Part shown: positions 1-12,609 of the stretch, one piece after another
How the letters are laid out: each line of letters opens with the position of its first letter
Numbering within the stretch: the first letter of the stretch is position 1
Source: Octopus vulgaris
Lineage: Eukaryota
DNA length: 64,000 nucleotides
Reading direction: 5' to 3'
Assembly: GCA_951406725.2 (NCBI GenBank)
Contig: OX597820.1
Coordinates: 12,648,001-12,712,000, forward strand
Notes under the pieces: generated by a model
What the model saw: the letters and a program-made list of their open reading frames with translations, nothing else
The model's database searches: none
What the model was told of the DNA's origin: nothing
Translations under genes and position numbers: made by a program

Positions 1-804
1 AAAATACTGATAGGGCACAGAAAGTGTGTCAATAGTCAGCTGGACGAGGTGTCCTCCTGGAGCTACAAGTTACAGTAGCATCCAGCCTTAAGGGTTAGCC
101 ACATTTAAGTGGCTAATATACTTCACGATTTATTGAGGGATATTTAAAGAAATATTTCTCCCATTTACTCTATCACTCAATATACATATATGTGCAAGCA
201 TAGTTGTTTGTATGTATGTGTGTCTTTCGGAAATTGAACACTATAGACATAGAGTAATAGGAATAAACACACATACGCATGTGTGCACACACTTATAGGG
301 AGATGGATGGATGGATGGAAGGACAGATAGATAGAGAGTGAGAGAGAGTTCTGTTTGTGTGTATGTGTGCAGTATGCTGGTATTCATCAATACACTCGAA
401 GGTGAAAATAATGAATAATCTACTTACGATTGAGATTAATAAATATAGAAAATAAGTAATAATTCGATAAATAATCATCGGAAGAAATTTAATTATCGGT
501 AAAACTTGATTTAAGTTATTAAAACTGTTGTCAGTGTTAAATTCATAAAGCTTTCTGTTTCCGCAATAAAATTTTGTCGACGTCATTTACGGAAATTTTC
601 CAGTTAGAGGTGAAGCCATATAATTTAATTTATAATTTCGAAGTATGTACGGGAGTAATACAACGGAAAACTACCAAATTGAAAGAGCTATGAAATAATT
701 TATTTGAAATTAATGACACACGATCCTTTACTCACTCGGTATTTAACATTAACATAAATCAAATTTAGGTTAAATAGATAGACAAAAACCAAATAGTTTG
801 TTAA

Positions 805-1189
805 TACTAATGCACTGTACGACCTTTTTTGGATCGCTTGAAATGTAATGTATACCTTAATTTGAGAATCATAAAATTTTAATTACACAGTAAAATATAA
901 ACAAAGGGGTTACACCAACGATTTTTATTCCTTTGTAGGCGGAAGTGAGTTTATTCTGACTACTTTGTTTTTTATTCGTGTTAGAGTTTCGCTGGAATAA
1001 TAAAAAAAAAAATTCTGTCTCGGATAAAATGTACCAATACCAACGATTTCATCTGGTGGTGTTATGGGTAATCGATTCGTTGTGAGAAAAGGATAATAAA
1101 AGACAAATCAATTTAAAATGGTCTTGATCTGAGCATTTGATGGACGGACGGACGGACAGAGAGAAACACAGCTCGTATTATAATATAGA
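805..1189 (-). mobile_element. Probable non-autonomous Helitron-like element (degenerate)
   Basis: Minus strand starts A|TCTATATTATAATACGAG followed by (CCGT)n/(CTGT)n, like the clearer Helitron at 32869-33577. The 3' CTRR end near 805 is degenerate. Confidence 0.35.
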
Positions 1190-1220
1190 TTTCATACAAA
1201 ACTGGACACAGCTAAATGTA

Positions 1221-1631
1221 TTCTTTTACTCTTTTACTCTTTTACTTGTTTCAGTCCTTTGACTGCGGCCATGCTGGAACACCGCCTTTAATCGCGCAAC
1301 TCGATCACGGGATTTATTCTTTTTTGTCAGCCCAGTACTTATTCTATCGGTCGCTTTTACCGAACCGCTAAGTAACGGGGACATAAACACACCAGCATCG
1401 GTTGTCAAGCAATGCTAGGGGGACAAACACAGACACACAAACACACACGCATATATATATATATACATATATACGACAGGCTTCTTTCAGTTTCCGTCTA
1501 CCAAATCCACTCACAAGGCTTTGGTCGGCCCGAGGCTATAGTAGAAGATACTTGCCCAAGGTGCCACGCAGTGGGACTGAACCCGGAACCATGTGGTTGG
1601 TAAGCAAGCTACTTACCACACAGCCACTCCT
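1221..1631 (-). mobile_element. SINE family 1 (tRNA-derived head, CORE-like segment, internal TA/TG microsatellite, CR1-type tail)
   Basis: Head AGGAGTGGCTGTGTGGTAAG...GGTTCAGTCCC (A/B-box like), CCTTGGGCAAGT segment, tail GGCGGTG..CCAGCATGGCC..CTGAAAC(AAAAGAGT)n. Near-identical copies occur elsewhere in the window. Confidence 0.9.
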
Positions 1632-2267
1632 TCGTTGGAAAAAAAGAATAATTTCTGTCTCGGATAAAATGTACCAATACCAACGATTTCATCTGGTGGT
1701 GTTATGGGTAATCGATTCTTTGTGAGAAAAAGATAATAAAAAACAAATCAATTTAAATTGTTCCTGATCTGAGCATTTGATGGACGGACGGACAGAGAGA
1801 GACACACAGCTCGTATTATAATATAGATTTCATACAAAACTGGACACAGCTAAATGTATCTGTATAATTTGTGTATATGCTGTGTGTTTTTCAAAGCATA
1901 CGTAACATATATTGCAGTAACATCAGATCAAATGAAATATGACTCGAAACGCATTGAGTTTACAAAACTATTTATGTCTAACGCTTTGTTATAGATTTTT
2001 TTGTCGCACTTCAGAAGCGGGGATTTTCTGTTAGTTTTTACTTTGATCATTTTCATTACTTTTTTTTTTACCAACATCTTTTGTCTTGTATAAGATATAA
2101 CAGTATCTCTCTCAATATTTTCTTCATGTTTCTTACAAACAACATACAAACTTTGTCTTTGATAACACAGTTTTTTAGTGCAAATTGTTTTGCTATTAGC
2201 TACATTGTTTTGGAAAAATCGGTATTACACTAATAATGTTCGTTTCTGATATTTTTCCCAATCATTC

Positions 2268-2270
<3 letters not shown>

Positions 2271-2310
<40 letters not shown>

Positions 2311-2466
2311 CATATATATATATATATATGTATATATATATGTATATATATATATATGTGTATATATATGTATATATATATATATTTATATATATATATG
2401 TATATATATATATGTATATATATATATATGTATATATATATATGTATATATATATATATGTATATA

Positions 2467-2517
<51 letters not shown>

Positions 2518-2518
2518 T

Positions 2519-2550
<32 letters not shown>

Positions 2551-2595
2551 TGTGTATATATATATATATATGTATATATATATGTATATATATAT

Positions 2596-2658
<63 letters not shown>
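2271..2658. repeat. (TA)n microsatellite with TG interruptions
   Basis: Directly visible. Confidence 0.97.
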
Positions 2659-2661
<3 letters not shown>

Positions 2662-3869
2662 TATTTACACATACATACATGCAAACATACATGCACATAT
2701 GTCTACATGTGCATGTCTCTCTTCTCGCTCTTTTGTTTGTGTGTGCATGTATATAATTGTGTGATATATAACTATTTTTTATGCTTGCTTTCACGTATGT
2801 ACATTTAGCTGTGAAGAAATGCGCACTTACACACACACACACACACATGTCCTTTTAAACGCTGTGTCTGTCGTTCTTGTCTAGTACCTGATCAATCTCG
2901 ATCAAGCAGTTCTGTGATCAAACGACATTCTAATCATGACCAACGCGTCTCATCTATTAGACACAGTTGGTGACAGACCACCTTTCATAATAAAACCATT
3001 TTGAGGCAGTAAGTATGTTTCTAGAGATATTTTAATTGCATATGTGTGACCGCACATAAAATTGTTTCAAAGCACTCAATATAAGATGCTGATTTTGTTG
3101 TATAGCAGTGATACGTAGAAGAATTCAATGGAAATGGTAAAATCAAGCAAACTAGTAATACTAAATATCAAACAGACATCATTGGTTGTATTTTTCACTT
3201 GGTTAACTTCTTTGACAAGATGCACAAATCTATTCTTAGAATGTTCTTAACAGGAATTATATAACTACATAGTATTCAACATTTTATTTGCTTTCTACTT
3301 TGTTTATACGTGCATATCTGTAATATTGCATATGTGTATATGTTTATAACTGCGGCGGCCATCGTTATGTCATGCTGGAGATGAAGAATCCATTTATAAC
3401 TTCATACAACTAATTATTTATATTGACGTCTGAAGATATTGAATATAGCCGTAAATGGACAGGAAAAACCATCCTATTGATTTTTGTAACACCGCCTTAA
3501 GTCCGTGACTTCTTAGGGCAAGTATAAAGCTAGTGACACTTTAAATGATATTGAACAATGGTACATAATCAAAGTTTCAATCACTAATACTCTGAAAGCA
3601 ACTGCAACTGAGACAACAATAACAAAGAAAGCTGGCTGCATTCCTAACTCCACGTGATGTCATGACTATGGCAAAAGGCTTACAAAAGAATTGCATAAGT
3701 ATTTAATATTCAAAGAACTATTATTCTGATGTTGTTATATGGATTTTTTTAATGTAGAACTGGAAGAATCCGTAACATTCTCTCAGAACTGAATGCAACA
3801 AGAAGATCAAGAATACTCATACCTAACACGCCCACCACCATCGTCATTATATCTAGTAACTCTCTCTCT

Positions 3870-4262
3870 CTCTTTTACCTGTTTCCGTCATTTTACTGCG
3901 GCCATGCTGGAGCATTGCCTTTAGTCGGGCAAATCGACCCCAGGACTTAATCTTTGTAAGCCTAGTACTTATTCTATCGGTCTCTTTTGCCGAACCGCTA
4001 AGTTACGGGGACGTAAACTCACTAGCATCGGTTGTCAAGCGATGATGGCGGGGACAAACGCAGACACACAAATACATACATACACATATATATATACATA
4101 TATACGACGGGCTTCTTTCAGTTTCCGTCTACCAAATCCACTCACAAGGATTTGGTCGGCCCGAGGCTATAGTAGAAGACACTTGCCCAAGGTACCACGC
4201 AGCGGGACTGAACCCGGAACCATGTGGTTGGTAAGCAAGTTACTTACCACACAGCCACTCCT
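3870..4262 (-). mobile_element. SINE family 1, full length
   Basis: High identity to 1221-1631. Confidence 0.9.
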
Positions 4263-4842
4263 GCAACAACCAAATATAAAACAATATAAAAATAATCTTG
4301 TTCTTAATTACCTTTTATGAGTTCCAGTGGCCTCTTAAACATTAAAATACAAGGATGAAACAGTGTTCTTGTGAAATATAAATACAATAAAAAGGCACAC
4401 AGGTATGCAGATATAATTAGAAGTCACCACCTGGTAAGCATCAGGGAGTCATAAACGATAAATTCCCTTCAGCACTCTACAATTTCATGCTCCCACGCGC
4501 CAGGATTCTTCAGGTATAATTCAAATACCACAGACATATTTAAATCTTTCCTTTCCTGAATATACTTGAGTGTCATCTCCCTTCCAGACCTAATCGTCTG
4601 CTTCAATAATTCGTCGACTGTTTGACCCACATGATTAAGTGTCATACCATTCAAATCAGCCTACAATATATTCTCTTACATTATAGCCACCAGATAGAAA
4701 ATACTACATATCTTGTCCTTGGCAAAGGAAGGTGTAGAAATCATCACAGAATTCGTATTGGACAATGAGTGCCTTTCTACTTGCAATAATAGCCGTTCGA
4801 AATAGTCCCATGTCACGAAAACTCGGAGAATGAACGAGTCCA

Positions 4843-5171
4843 GGATTTTTTCACTTTGATCGGCAAATTTTTTAAATAATTTCTTTGTAACTAGACATTT
4901 TTAAACTTCGTATACTGGTAGAATGTGTCACATAAAACATATTTTTTCTCTTGTCAGTAACTGTATTCACCTAAATAGACGTCATTGATTGGTTGAAATT
5001 TCCGAAATACGAGAAATTAAACAAGAAATAACTCACAAACTACGGAAATTTCTCAAGAACACCAAGAGAAAAAGATATTTTATGTGACATATTCTACCAG
5101 TATACGAAGTTCAAAAGTGTTTAGTTACAAAGAAATTATTTTTAAAATCTGCCGGTCAAATGGAAAGATCC
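4843..5171. mobile_element. MITE with ~110-bp TIRs and 8-bp TSD (Merlin- or Mutator-like GG termini)
   Basis: GGATTTTTTCACTTTGATCGGCAAATTTTT... is inverted against ...AAAATCTGCCGGTCAAATGGAAAGATCC. TSD CGAGTCCA at 4835-4842 and 5172-5179. Confidence 0.85.
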
Positions 5172-5483
5172 CGAGTCCATGATGCACAGTTACGTTTCTC
5201 TCAAGAGATTTGGAACAAACCGGACTGACATCTTCGCACCTGTAAATCTCAGTTATCTTGACAGGGCATACAATAAATTGTACAATATATTGTTTGCCTC
5301 AGCGAATAGCAAATCAAATGTAAATAACAGATGGATATATATAAAACAAGAAAAGAAGCCGACTTAAAGTAAACCATCGCTGCAGGAAACACTAATTTTA
5401 TCTTAGGTTTTCCTTAATACGAAACCATTCACCAGCCAGCCCGGTGAACAAGTCCATAATTGTTACAGGGATGTTTTATCTGA

Positions 5484-5889
5484 TGGCGGCGAGCTGGCAG
5501 AAACGTTAGCGTGCCGGGTGAAATGCTCGGCAGTATTTCGTGTGCCGTTACGTTCTGAGTTCAAATTCCGCCGAGGTCGCCTTTGCCTTTCATTCTTTCG
5601 GGGTCGATAAATTAAGCACCAGTTACGCACTGGGGTTGATGTAATCGACTTAATCCGTTTCTATGTCCTTGTTTGTCCCTCTGTATTTATCCCCTTGTGG
5701 GTAGTAAAGAAATAGGTATTTCGTCTGCTGCTACGTTCTGAGTTCAAATTCCGCCGAGGTCGACTTTGCCTTTCATCCTTTCAGGGTCGATAAATTAAGC
5801 ACCAGTTACGCACTGGGGTTGATGTAATCTGTTTGTATGTCCTTGTTTGTCCCTCTGTGTTTAGCCCCTTGTGGGTAATAAAGAAATAG
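5484..5889 (+). mobile_element. SINE family 2, dimeric (full unit plus internally restarted unit)
   Basis: Head GGCGGCGAGCTGGCAGAAACGTTAGC, B-box GAGTTCAAATTCC, central GCCTTTCATCCTTTCGGGGTCGATAAATTAAGTACCAG-type domain, tail CCCCTTGTGGGTAGTAAAGAAATA. Confidence 0.9.
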
Positions 5890-6628
5890 GAATGTTTTGT
5901 CTGTATGCATAATTCAAACTGGAAGGTAGAGGTAGGTACGCTGTCCCGAAAATAGACGTGATGGTCACTGATTCAAATGATTTTGATAGCAGATGTTCTG
6001 AATCATTGGATCGGAATCCAGATAATAACTGTCATGATGGTATCCAGCACATTAATTTCAAAAAGAATCATGAGAGGTCTAAGTAATTGAACAGAAATAA
6101 CTGCCCATAACATATCAATCTCGATGGAACAAGAGAAACGGCTTTTGAAGCTATCAACCGACAAACAATCCTATAATACAATGGATGAATGCAACTGAGA
6201 TTCCCATGCGATGTGAACATTTTTCCACATAAATAAGCTGAGATAACAATATGTTGAATAATCTAATTTACTAGCTATGGCTGTACTGTGAGAACTCTGG
6301 GCTGACCCTAATGCAGTAGATCTCTACACTCACAAATTCACTAAAAATTGCCAAAAGAAAATATGCAAGATAAGATCAATAAAAAAGGGAGATGTAATTT
6401 TCAGTGAAAATAGATTAGGAATAACATTGTAATTTGAAAACATAAACGCGGAGATTGTATAAGGAATGTATAATATTGAGCCAAAAATAGGTATTCTTAA
6501 AGTGAAATAAAAAACATAAAAAACAGTTCCCGGCCAAAACAAGAAAAAATAAAAGGTTTTAATTTTGTGAGTGCTGACTCTTCTACAAAGGGAAGCATCT
6601 GGAACCCCATAATATTAATAGGATTTAA

Positions 6629-6859
6629 AGCGGCGAGCTGGCAGAAACGTTAGCACGTCGGACGAAATACGTAGCCGTATTTCGTCTGCCGTTACGTTCT
6701 GAGTTCAAATTCCACCGAGGTTGACTTTGCTTTTAATCCTTTCGGGGTCGATAAATTAAGTACCAGTTCCGCACTGGGGTCGATGTAATCGACTTAATCC
6801 GTTTGTCTGTGCTTGTTTGTCCTCTCTGTGTTTAGCCCCTTGTGGGTAGTAAAGAAACA
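6629..6859 (+). mobile_element. SINE family 2 monomer with 17-bp TSD
   Basis: TSD AATATTAATAGGATTTA on both sides. Confidence 0.92.
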
Positions 6860-7280
6860 AATATTAATAGGATTTACAAGTTTTTTTATTAATCGGAATT
6901 ACAAGACGAAATATCAACAATTTTAAGGGAAGGGAATTTGAAGGTTACACCTGCTTCAGGACTTAACAGGTTCTTCGTTTCATCGAATTCGGAAGGATTA
7001 AAAACAAAGTTAAACTAAGCGTAATTTGAACTCAGAGCGTAAAGAGCCGAAATAGGTGTAAATATCTCAAGGCATTTTGTTCGACGTTCAATTGATTCCA
7101 GTGATGTAGCGCCTAACAACCGCACACGCATATACAGAGACAGACACACACACATTCGTGTTTTTTTACATTAATTTGATGCGTTACTCTTTACTTTTGT
7201 AGCGTACAAATTCATTGTTCTTATACGGCCAGCTAACCCATTAAGAGTGTGTGTGTGTATGTGTGTGTGTGTGTGTGTGT

Positions 7281-7677
7281 GGAAGAGGGACACACAGAAC
7301 TCAAAAAGGGTGTTACGTAAATGGTGCGAACATGAAGATAGTAGTTACGTGGTTGTGGATTATGAAGATATGCACATATTGGTGAGGAGGTGTGAGGAAG
7401 AGGGTGTGAGATGGATGACAGTGCCAATGCAGGATGAAATGATAAGAGATGTATGAAAGGAAAATGAAGTGTGTGATAAGTAAGGAAGGAATTGTAATTG
7501 GAAATGGGTAATAAAGGACAGGTAAGTGATGCTGGCGGATGGGGCCGTTAGCATCGCTTTTCATATTATCATTTTTTCATTTAATAATTCATTGCTCATA
7601 ATTTTAATTATAATGTTCTATGTCCCCAATGTTTTGTTATGTCCCCTCTTCGTCGCCCCTTGTGGGTAATAAAGAAA

Positions 7678-7679
<2 letters not shown>
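7281..7679 (+). mobile_element. 5'-truncated non-LTR retroelement 3' end inserted in (TG)n
   Basis: Purine-rich ORF remnant, then a tail ending GCCCCTTGTGGGTAATAAAGAAATA as in SINE family 2. (TG)n on both sides. Confidence 0.6.
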
Positions 7680-7725
<46 letters not shown>

Positions 7726-8131
7726 GCGTGTGTGTGTGAAGGCAAGAATGTTTGCTGACAGGTAGAGAAAAGACACCAACACAAGATGGTTTGAATCAGA
7801 AGATGTATAGATTATGAAACATTTAATTGTCATTTGCTCCATGCTGACATGATTATACGCGTTCCACTTCTGATCATCGACTATACCTACGTTTATACAT
7901 TGTTAAATGCTGTTCCTTTCTACAACACCAGGCTGGTATTTGAGGGCAGTTTCGCCGCTATGTCTTGCAGAACACGCGACTAAGTCCGGCATCTTTGTTT
8001 CAATGTGTGTTGCTAAAACTAAACGGTTATGAAAGATATGCAAAAAGATAGATTACTAAAATGACTTCGACATTATGCTGTACTCATCACAGAGTGGATG
8101 GGGCGCATATTATAAAACAAACTCTAATATT

Positions 8132-8601
8132 GGTTTCAAATTTTGACACAAGGCCAGCAATTTCGGAGGTGGGAGTAAGTCAGTTACATCGACCCCAACC
8201 CTTAGCTGGTACTTATTTTATCTATTTCTTTACTACCCACAAGGGGCTAAACACAGAGAGGACAAACAAGGACAGACAAACGGATTAAGCCGATTATATC
8301 GACCCCAGTACGTAACTGGTACTTAATTTATCGACCCCGAAAGGATGAAAGGCAAAGTCGACCTCGGCGGAATTTGAACTCAGAACGTAACGGCAGACGA
8401 AATACGGCTACGCATTTCACCCGGCGTGCTAACGTTTCTGCCAGATCGCCACCTTTTTATTTGGTACTTATTTTATCGACCTCTAAAGAATGAAAGCAAA
8501 GTCAACCTCGTGCAGAATTTGAACTCAGAACATGAAAACGGACGAAATGTTGCTAAGAATGTTGTCCGGTGTGCTGACGTTTCTGCTTGTTCACCGCCTT
8601 C
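8132..8601 (-). mobile_element. Nested SINE family 2 composite
   Basis: Two overlapping minus-strand units. Outer TSD AAACTCTAATATT. Confidence 0.85.
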
Positions 8602-8911
8602 ACAAACTCTAATATTAAGAAAACATATTACTAATGTCATGTAGAGATAAATACAGTGGGTTCATTTGCATACGAAGGACATTTTTAAAGATGTCTTACC
8701 TCTACTACTTTTGTCTCCACAAAGTGTCAATTGATAGAATCACCGGGAATTGCAGAATATAGAATAACAACGATTTAAGAAAATTTAAGAAAGACAGCAA
8801 CCAGCAGGAGAATCTGCTCTTTCTTTGTTATAGCCACAAGGGTTCCAAGTAGAGGGTGGACAAACGAGGACAGACAGGATAACAGAGAGGGGACAATACA
8901 TAAAACGAATA

Positions 8912-9313
8912 AGGCGGCGAGCTGGCAGAAATGTTAGCACGCCGGGCGAAATGAGTAGCCGTATTTCGTCTGCCGTTACGTTCTGAGTTCAAATCCCGCC
9001 GAGGTCGACTTTGCCTTTCATCCTTTCGGGGTCGATAAATTAAGTACCAGTTACGCACTGGGGTCGATGTAATCAACTTAATTCGTTTGTCTGTCCTTGT
9101 TTGTCCTCTCTGTGTTTAGCCCCCTGTGGGTAGTAAAGAAATAGGTATTTCGTATGTCGTTACGTTCTGAGTTCAAATTTCGCCGGGGTCGAAAAATAAA
9201 GTACCAGCTTCACACTGGGGTCGATGTAATCCACTTAATCCCTTTGTTTGTAATCGACTTAATCCCTTGTTTGTCCCCTCTACGTTTAGCCCCCTGTGGG
9301 CAATAAAGAAATA
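8912..9313 (+). mobile_element. SINE family 2 dimer inserted in the 3' UTR of the ORF1-only element
   Basis: TSD AATACATAAAA(C/T)GAATA at 8895-8911 and 9314-9330. Confidence 0.9.
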
Positions 9314-9650
9314 AATACATAAAATGAATATGAATGAGATGATTATATAACAATGAGGTTATGAATGGCTGCATTCGCCCCTCATCACATGCAGTACCAT
9401 AAATCTTGTTTACATCCATTATTATCGGGTATTTACATACTTAATTAATTAACATGTAACATACCATTGCAAGTCGCCAATCTTTATATTCTCCAACGGT
9501 CCACATCGGATTCTTGACGCATTGTCTTTCCAATAAAAAAAGTCTTATTACCCGCTATCCATTGATTAAGGGCTATCTAAAAGACAGTCCTTTATTAACG
9601 GTATCACGTCATCCCAGTCATTTACAGGTTCCAACTTTTCAAACTGGACT

Positions 9651-10871
9651 TTAAACTCTACCTTTCCCAAATCGCACCTTTTTTTTAAACTCCTCATAGC
9701 AATTCGGTTCTAGTATTATTGCTTTAGTTCCTTCGTTGCTGTAACCCTTAGGTAATTTTACCCGTGTTACTGGCTTCATTTTCAGGATCTCTGCTTCTGT
9801 ATGTATACTCCTTTGGTATTCTACATAATACCATCTCTTCTTTTTCTGGTTTTCACTCCCTCCTTCATTCCTTTTTTCTTCACCTCTCTTCAACCTCACT
9901 TTCACAGGAGACACTTTCAAACTTTCCTCTTGTCTTTCTTGTCACTATTTTTCCCATTACTTCCCATCACCTCTTTTTTGTTTTTCAGCTTCTCCGGTGC
10001 AGATCCCCTTCTACTTTTTTCTTTTCCGTGGTTTCACCTCTACGAATTCTTCCTCTGTATCCACTGTTTCAGCTTCCTCTCCACACTCCTCCACATTTGC
10101 CTCTCTCTGCATTGAACTCTCCTCCTTCTCTTTTTCCTTCCTTCGAGGGCAGTCCGCTTTTTTGTGTCCCCTTTCGCTACACAAAAAAAACATTTCAAAG
10201 GTCTGCCCTCTACTACCACATTCAACTGGTTTCCTTCGAGCAATATTATTTCTTCAACTATGGAATTCAGGTCTTGCAGGGTGGCTTGAATTTTCATTTC
10301 TAGCCCGAATCCCAAAAGTACACCTTCTGAGTTCTTATTGCCTTAAATATTTTCGGACCCTGTTTCATGTGGAATAAGACTGCTGCCATAATCCACGTCT
10401 CGTCGTATCCGGGTGGGATTTTACCCAACCTTACTCTCGCCAGTCTTTTGCTGCTGTAACTTGCTAGGAAAGCCCATTCGTCGTTCCTAATCGCGTCCAC
10501 TGCATGCTCTGCTGCTACTTCCTTAGATGCGAACCTGACTTCTACCACTCCGAATTTCTGACCTCTCGTTACAAACGTCGACAGGTGTTTAATATTTTTT
10601 AGTATTTTTCTACACTCTCAGTCGTCGCGGTTTCGATTTTTCCTGTGGATAATTTTAACGTTTTGTACAGGACCGTTCCTTTTTGAAAACTTTCCGAAAA
10701 TTCCTTTGGCGGTACTAGAGAGAGTGCTGTTCCTTGACTTGTTAACAATTTTCCACATTCTTTAATTCTGTCTGTTTCTACCTTTACGTCCGTCACTGTT
10801 AACGTGGCAATATTGTCACTACCTGTTGCCACCGCTGCATAGCTGTGGCTCGAGGTATTCAAATTCTCCAT
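9651..10871 (-). pseudogene. L1/Tx1-type ORF1 (gag-like; RRM-like region plus CCHC zinc knuckle), disrupted
   Basis: Successive ORF pieces: MENLNTSSHSYAAVA..., VEVRFASKEVA..., ...VVVEGRPLKCF and (C)FLCSERGHKKADC (CX2CX4HX4C across a frameshift), then an E/K-rich C-terminus. Contains stops and frameshifts. Confidence 0.8.
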
Positions 10872-11085
10872 TATACAATTGAATTAAAAACAACCGAAAT
10901 ATACGGATACACCCGCACAGGGAAAACCTTCAACATTCGGTAACAATTAATTCACAATCAATTAACATGTAACTCTAAAACATTTACTCCAAAACTCTCT
11001 GACCGACTTTCAAATAGAACAACTCTCGGCTTTACACTCTGCGCAAGAGAATCTACTACACTTGAATACATTAATATTAAATTAC

Positions 11086-11388
11086 GTGGAGGCACATGGC
11101 CTAGTGGTTAGAGCAGCGGGATCGCAGGTTGGAATCTCAGACCGGGCGATGTGTGTGTTTATGAGCGAAACACCTAATCTCCCCGTGGCTCCGGCAGAAC
11201 GTAGTGGCGAACTTCCGCTGACTCTTTCGCCGCGACTTTCTCTCACTCTTTCTTCTTGCATCTTGCAGCTCACCTGCGACGGACCGGCGTCCCATCCAGG
11301 TGAGGAACCTATACGCCAAGGAAACAGGGAAGACCGGCCCCTATGAGCCAGGCGTGGCTCGAGAAGGAACAAAGTAAAACAAAAACAA
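11086..11388 (+). mobile_element. SINE family 3 (tRNA-derived), tail type A
   Basis: Head GTGGAGGCACATGGCCTAGTGGTTAG. Flanking ATATTA(A/G)ATTAC repeat. Confidence 0.85.
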
Positions 11389-12049
11389 TATTAGATTACA
11401 TATTAAATTACATTTACAAGCTGGTACGATCGTTATTGCGCAGGATGAAATGCGTAGTGGTGTTTTTTCCGACTTTACATTCCGAGTTCAAATTCCGTCG
11501 GGGTCGACTTTACCTCTCATCCTTTCGTGTTCGAAAAAATAAGTACCATTTGAATACTGAGGTCGATAGAATCGGCTGATCTCCTTCCCTGAAATTGCTA
11601 ACCTTATGACGAAATTTGAAAGCAATGTCATATTACATTGCAATAATGATCCATGGAGTCAGAAGCATAAGTGTTCTTAGGAGTAGATGAGACGGATACG
11701 CTGTAAAATACAGAAGGAGGAGGGCTGAATAGAAATAGCACAGAGCATTACAAAGTAACCCAATGCCTGCTGAGGGTTTGTAGGAAATATTTTCATAAGG
11801 TAACCACGAATAAATGTAAATAGAAATAGCTCTAATTATCTAACGAAGCAATATGTAATAAAGAGCTAATCAGGATCAAGGACAACGCAATAGAAAAATA
11901 TTGTAAAAAAAGGAGGATGAAAGTAAATGAACATTAAGAAAACCTTAAACTAAAAAAGAAAGACTAACAAATCTCTTTTTGGTCAGTAATCTGAAATACC
12001 GGACAAGGAGTAAGCAAGCCACAAAGGTCACCCAAAATTGTAATTTATC

Positions 12050-12332
12050 TTTGATTTGATTTTGATTTTTCCAGTTTCAGCTCATGAGCCGTGGCCATGC
12101 TGGGGCACCGCCATTTGGTTTGCTACATGATTTTACCTCACGAATGCTTTTTAGCAATTGCCATTTGGTGCATGAGAGAGTTCGATGCAGCTGCCCTCCT
12201 CTGCACCTCCTGCCGTGAAGTTGGTCATCCGGGACACCTGACAGGAAGAGATCCAGTCCTACTTTAAAGACATCCGCATCTACACCATGCAGGTCCCTCA
12301 GGTTCTTCGGGAGGATATTGAAGAGCTGTATG
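12050..12332 (-). mobile_element. CR1-type LINE 3' end fragment
   Basis: QLFNILPKNLRDLHGVDADVFKVGLDLFLSGVPD is a typical CR1-group ORF2 C-terminus. 3' UTR GGCGGTGCCCCAGCATGGCC...CTGAAAC. Confidence 0.8.
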
Positions 12333-12385
12333 ATGTCAACTGAAAAACTCATTTCTCACTGTTCAGTCTTTTGAGAGTGGGAATA

Positions 12386-12609
12386 CGGTAATCCCTCACC
12401 AAATTGAGGTTCACATATCGCAATTTATTATCTAAGCTTACGTCAATTCCTCCGTGGTGTGTATTTGTATTTATAATAAGATAAATATATTAAAATTATA
12501 AAAATAATTTTTAAAAATATATACGGTACAGTAATGTTTCTACTTTGCGGATTTTCACATCGCGGGGCTTTATGGAACGTAACACCCGCGATGTGAAAAG
12601 GGATTACTG
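12386..12609. mobile_element. Tc1/pogo (Tigger)-like MITE
   Basis: TA|CGGTAATCCCT ... AGGGATTACTG|TA terminal inverted repeats with TA TSD. Confidence 0.6.

Larger units (their letters stand above)
8819..11042 (-). mobile_element. ORF1-only (HAL1-like) non-autonomous non-LTR retroelement
   Basis: Imperfect 15-bp TSD (GCAGGAGAATCTGCT 8804-8818; GCAAGAGAATCTACT 11043-11057). Single decayed ORF1 with a zinc knuckle and no ORF2. 3' tail CCCTTGTGGCTATAACAAAGAAA. Confidence 0.7.

Noticed and set aside
1402-1725. Recurrent ORFs such as SFSFRLPNPLTR... and RPRKDERQSRPRRNLNSER
   Set aside because: Incidental translations of non-coding SINE families 1 and 2.
2225-2848. Long ORFs of YI/CV/HT repeats (also at 21.8, 24.1, 38.1, 42.5 and 53.0 kb)
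   Set aside because: Translations of microsatellites, not genes.
4469-4654. Protein-like 61-aa minus-strand ORF with a possible AG acceptor
   Set aside because: No recognisable domain, weak polypyrimidine tract and an in-frame stop.
5420-6330. Faint resemblance to a retroviral-type integrase (YQPTNN..IQWMN) and an ankyrin-like ADPNAVD
   Set aside because: Requires many frameshifts; motifs are too short to support a call.
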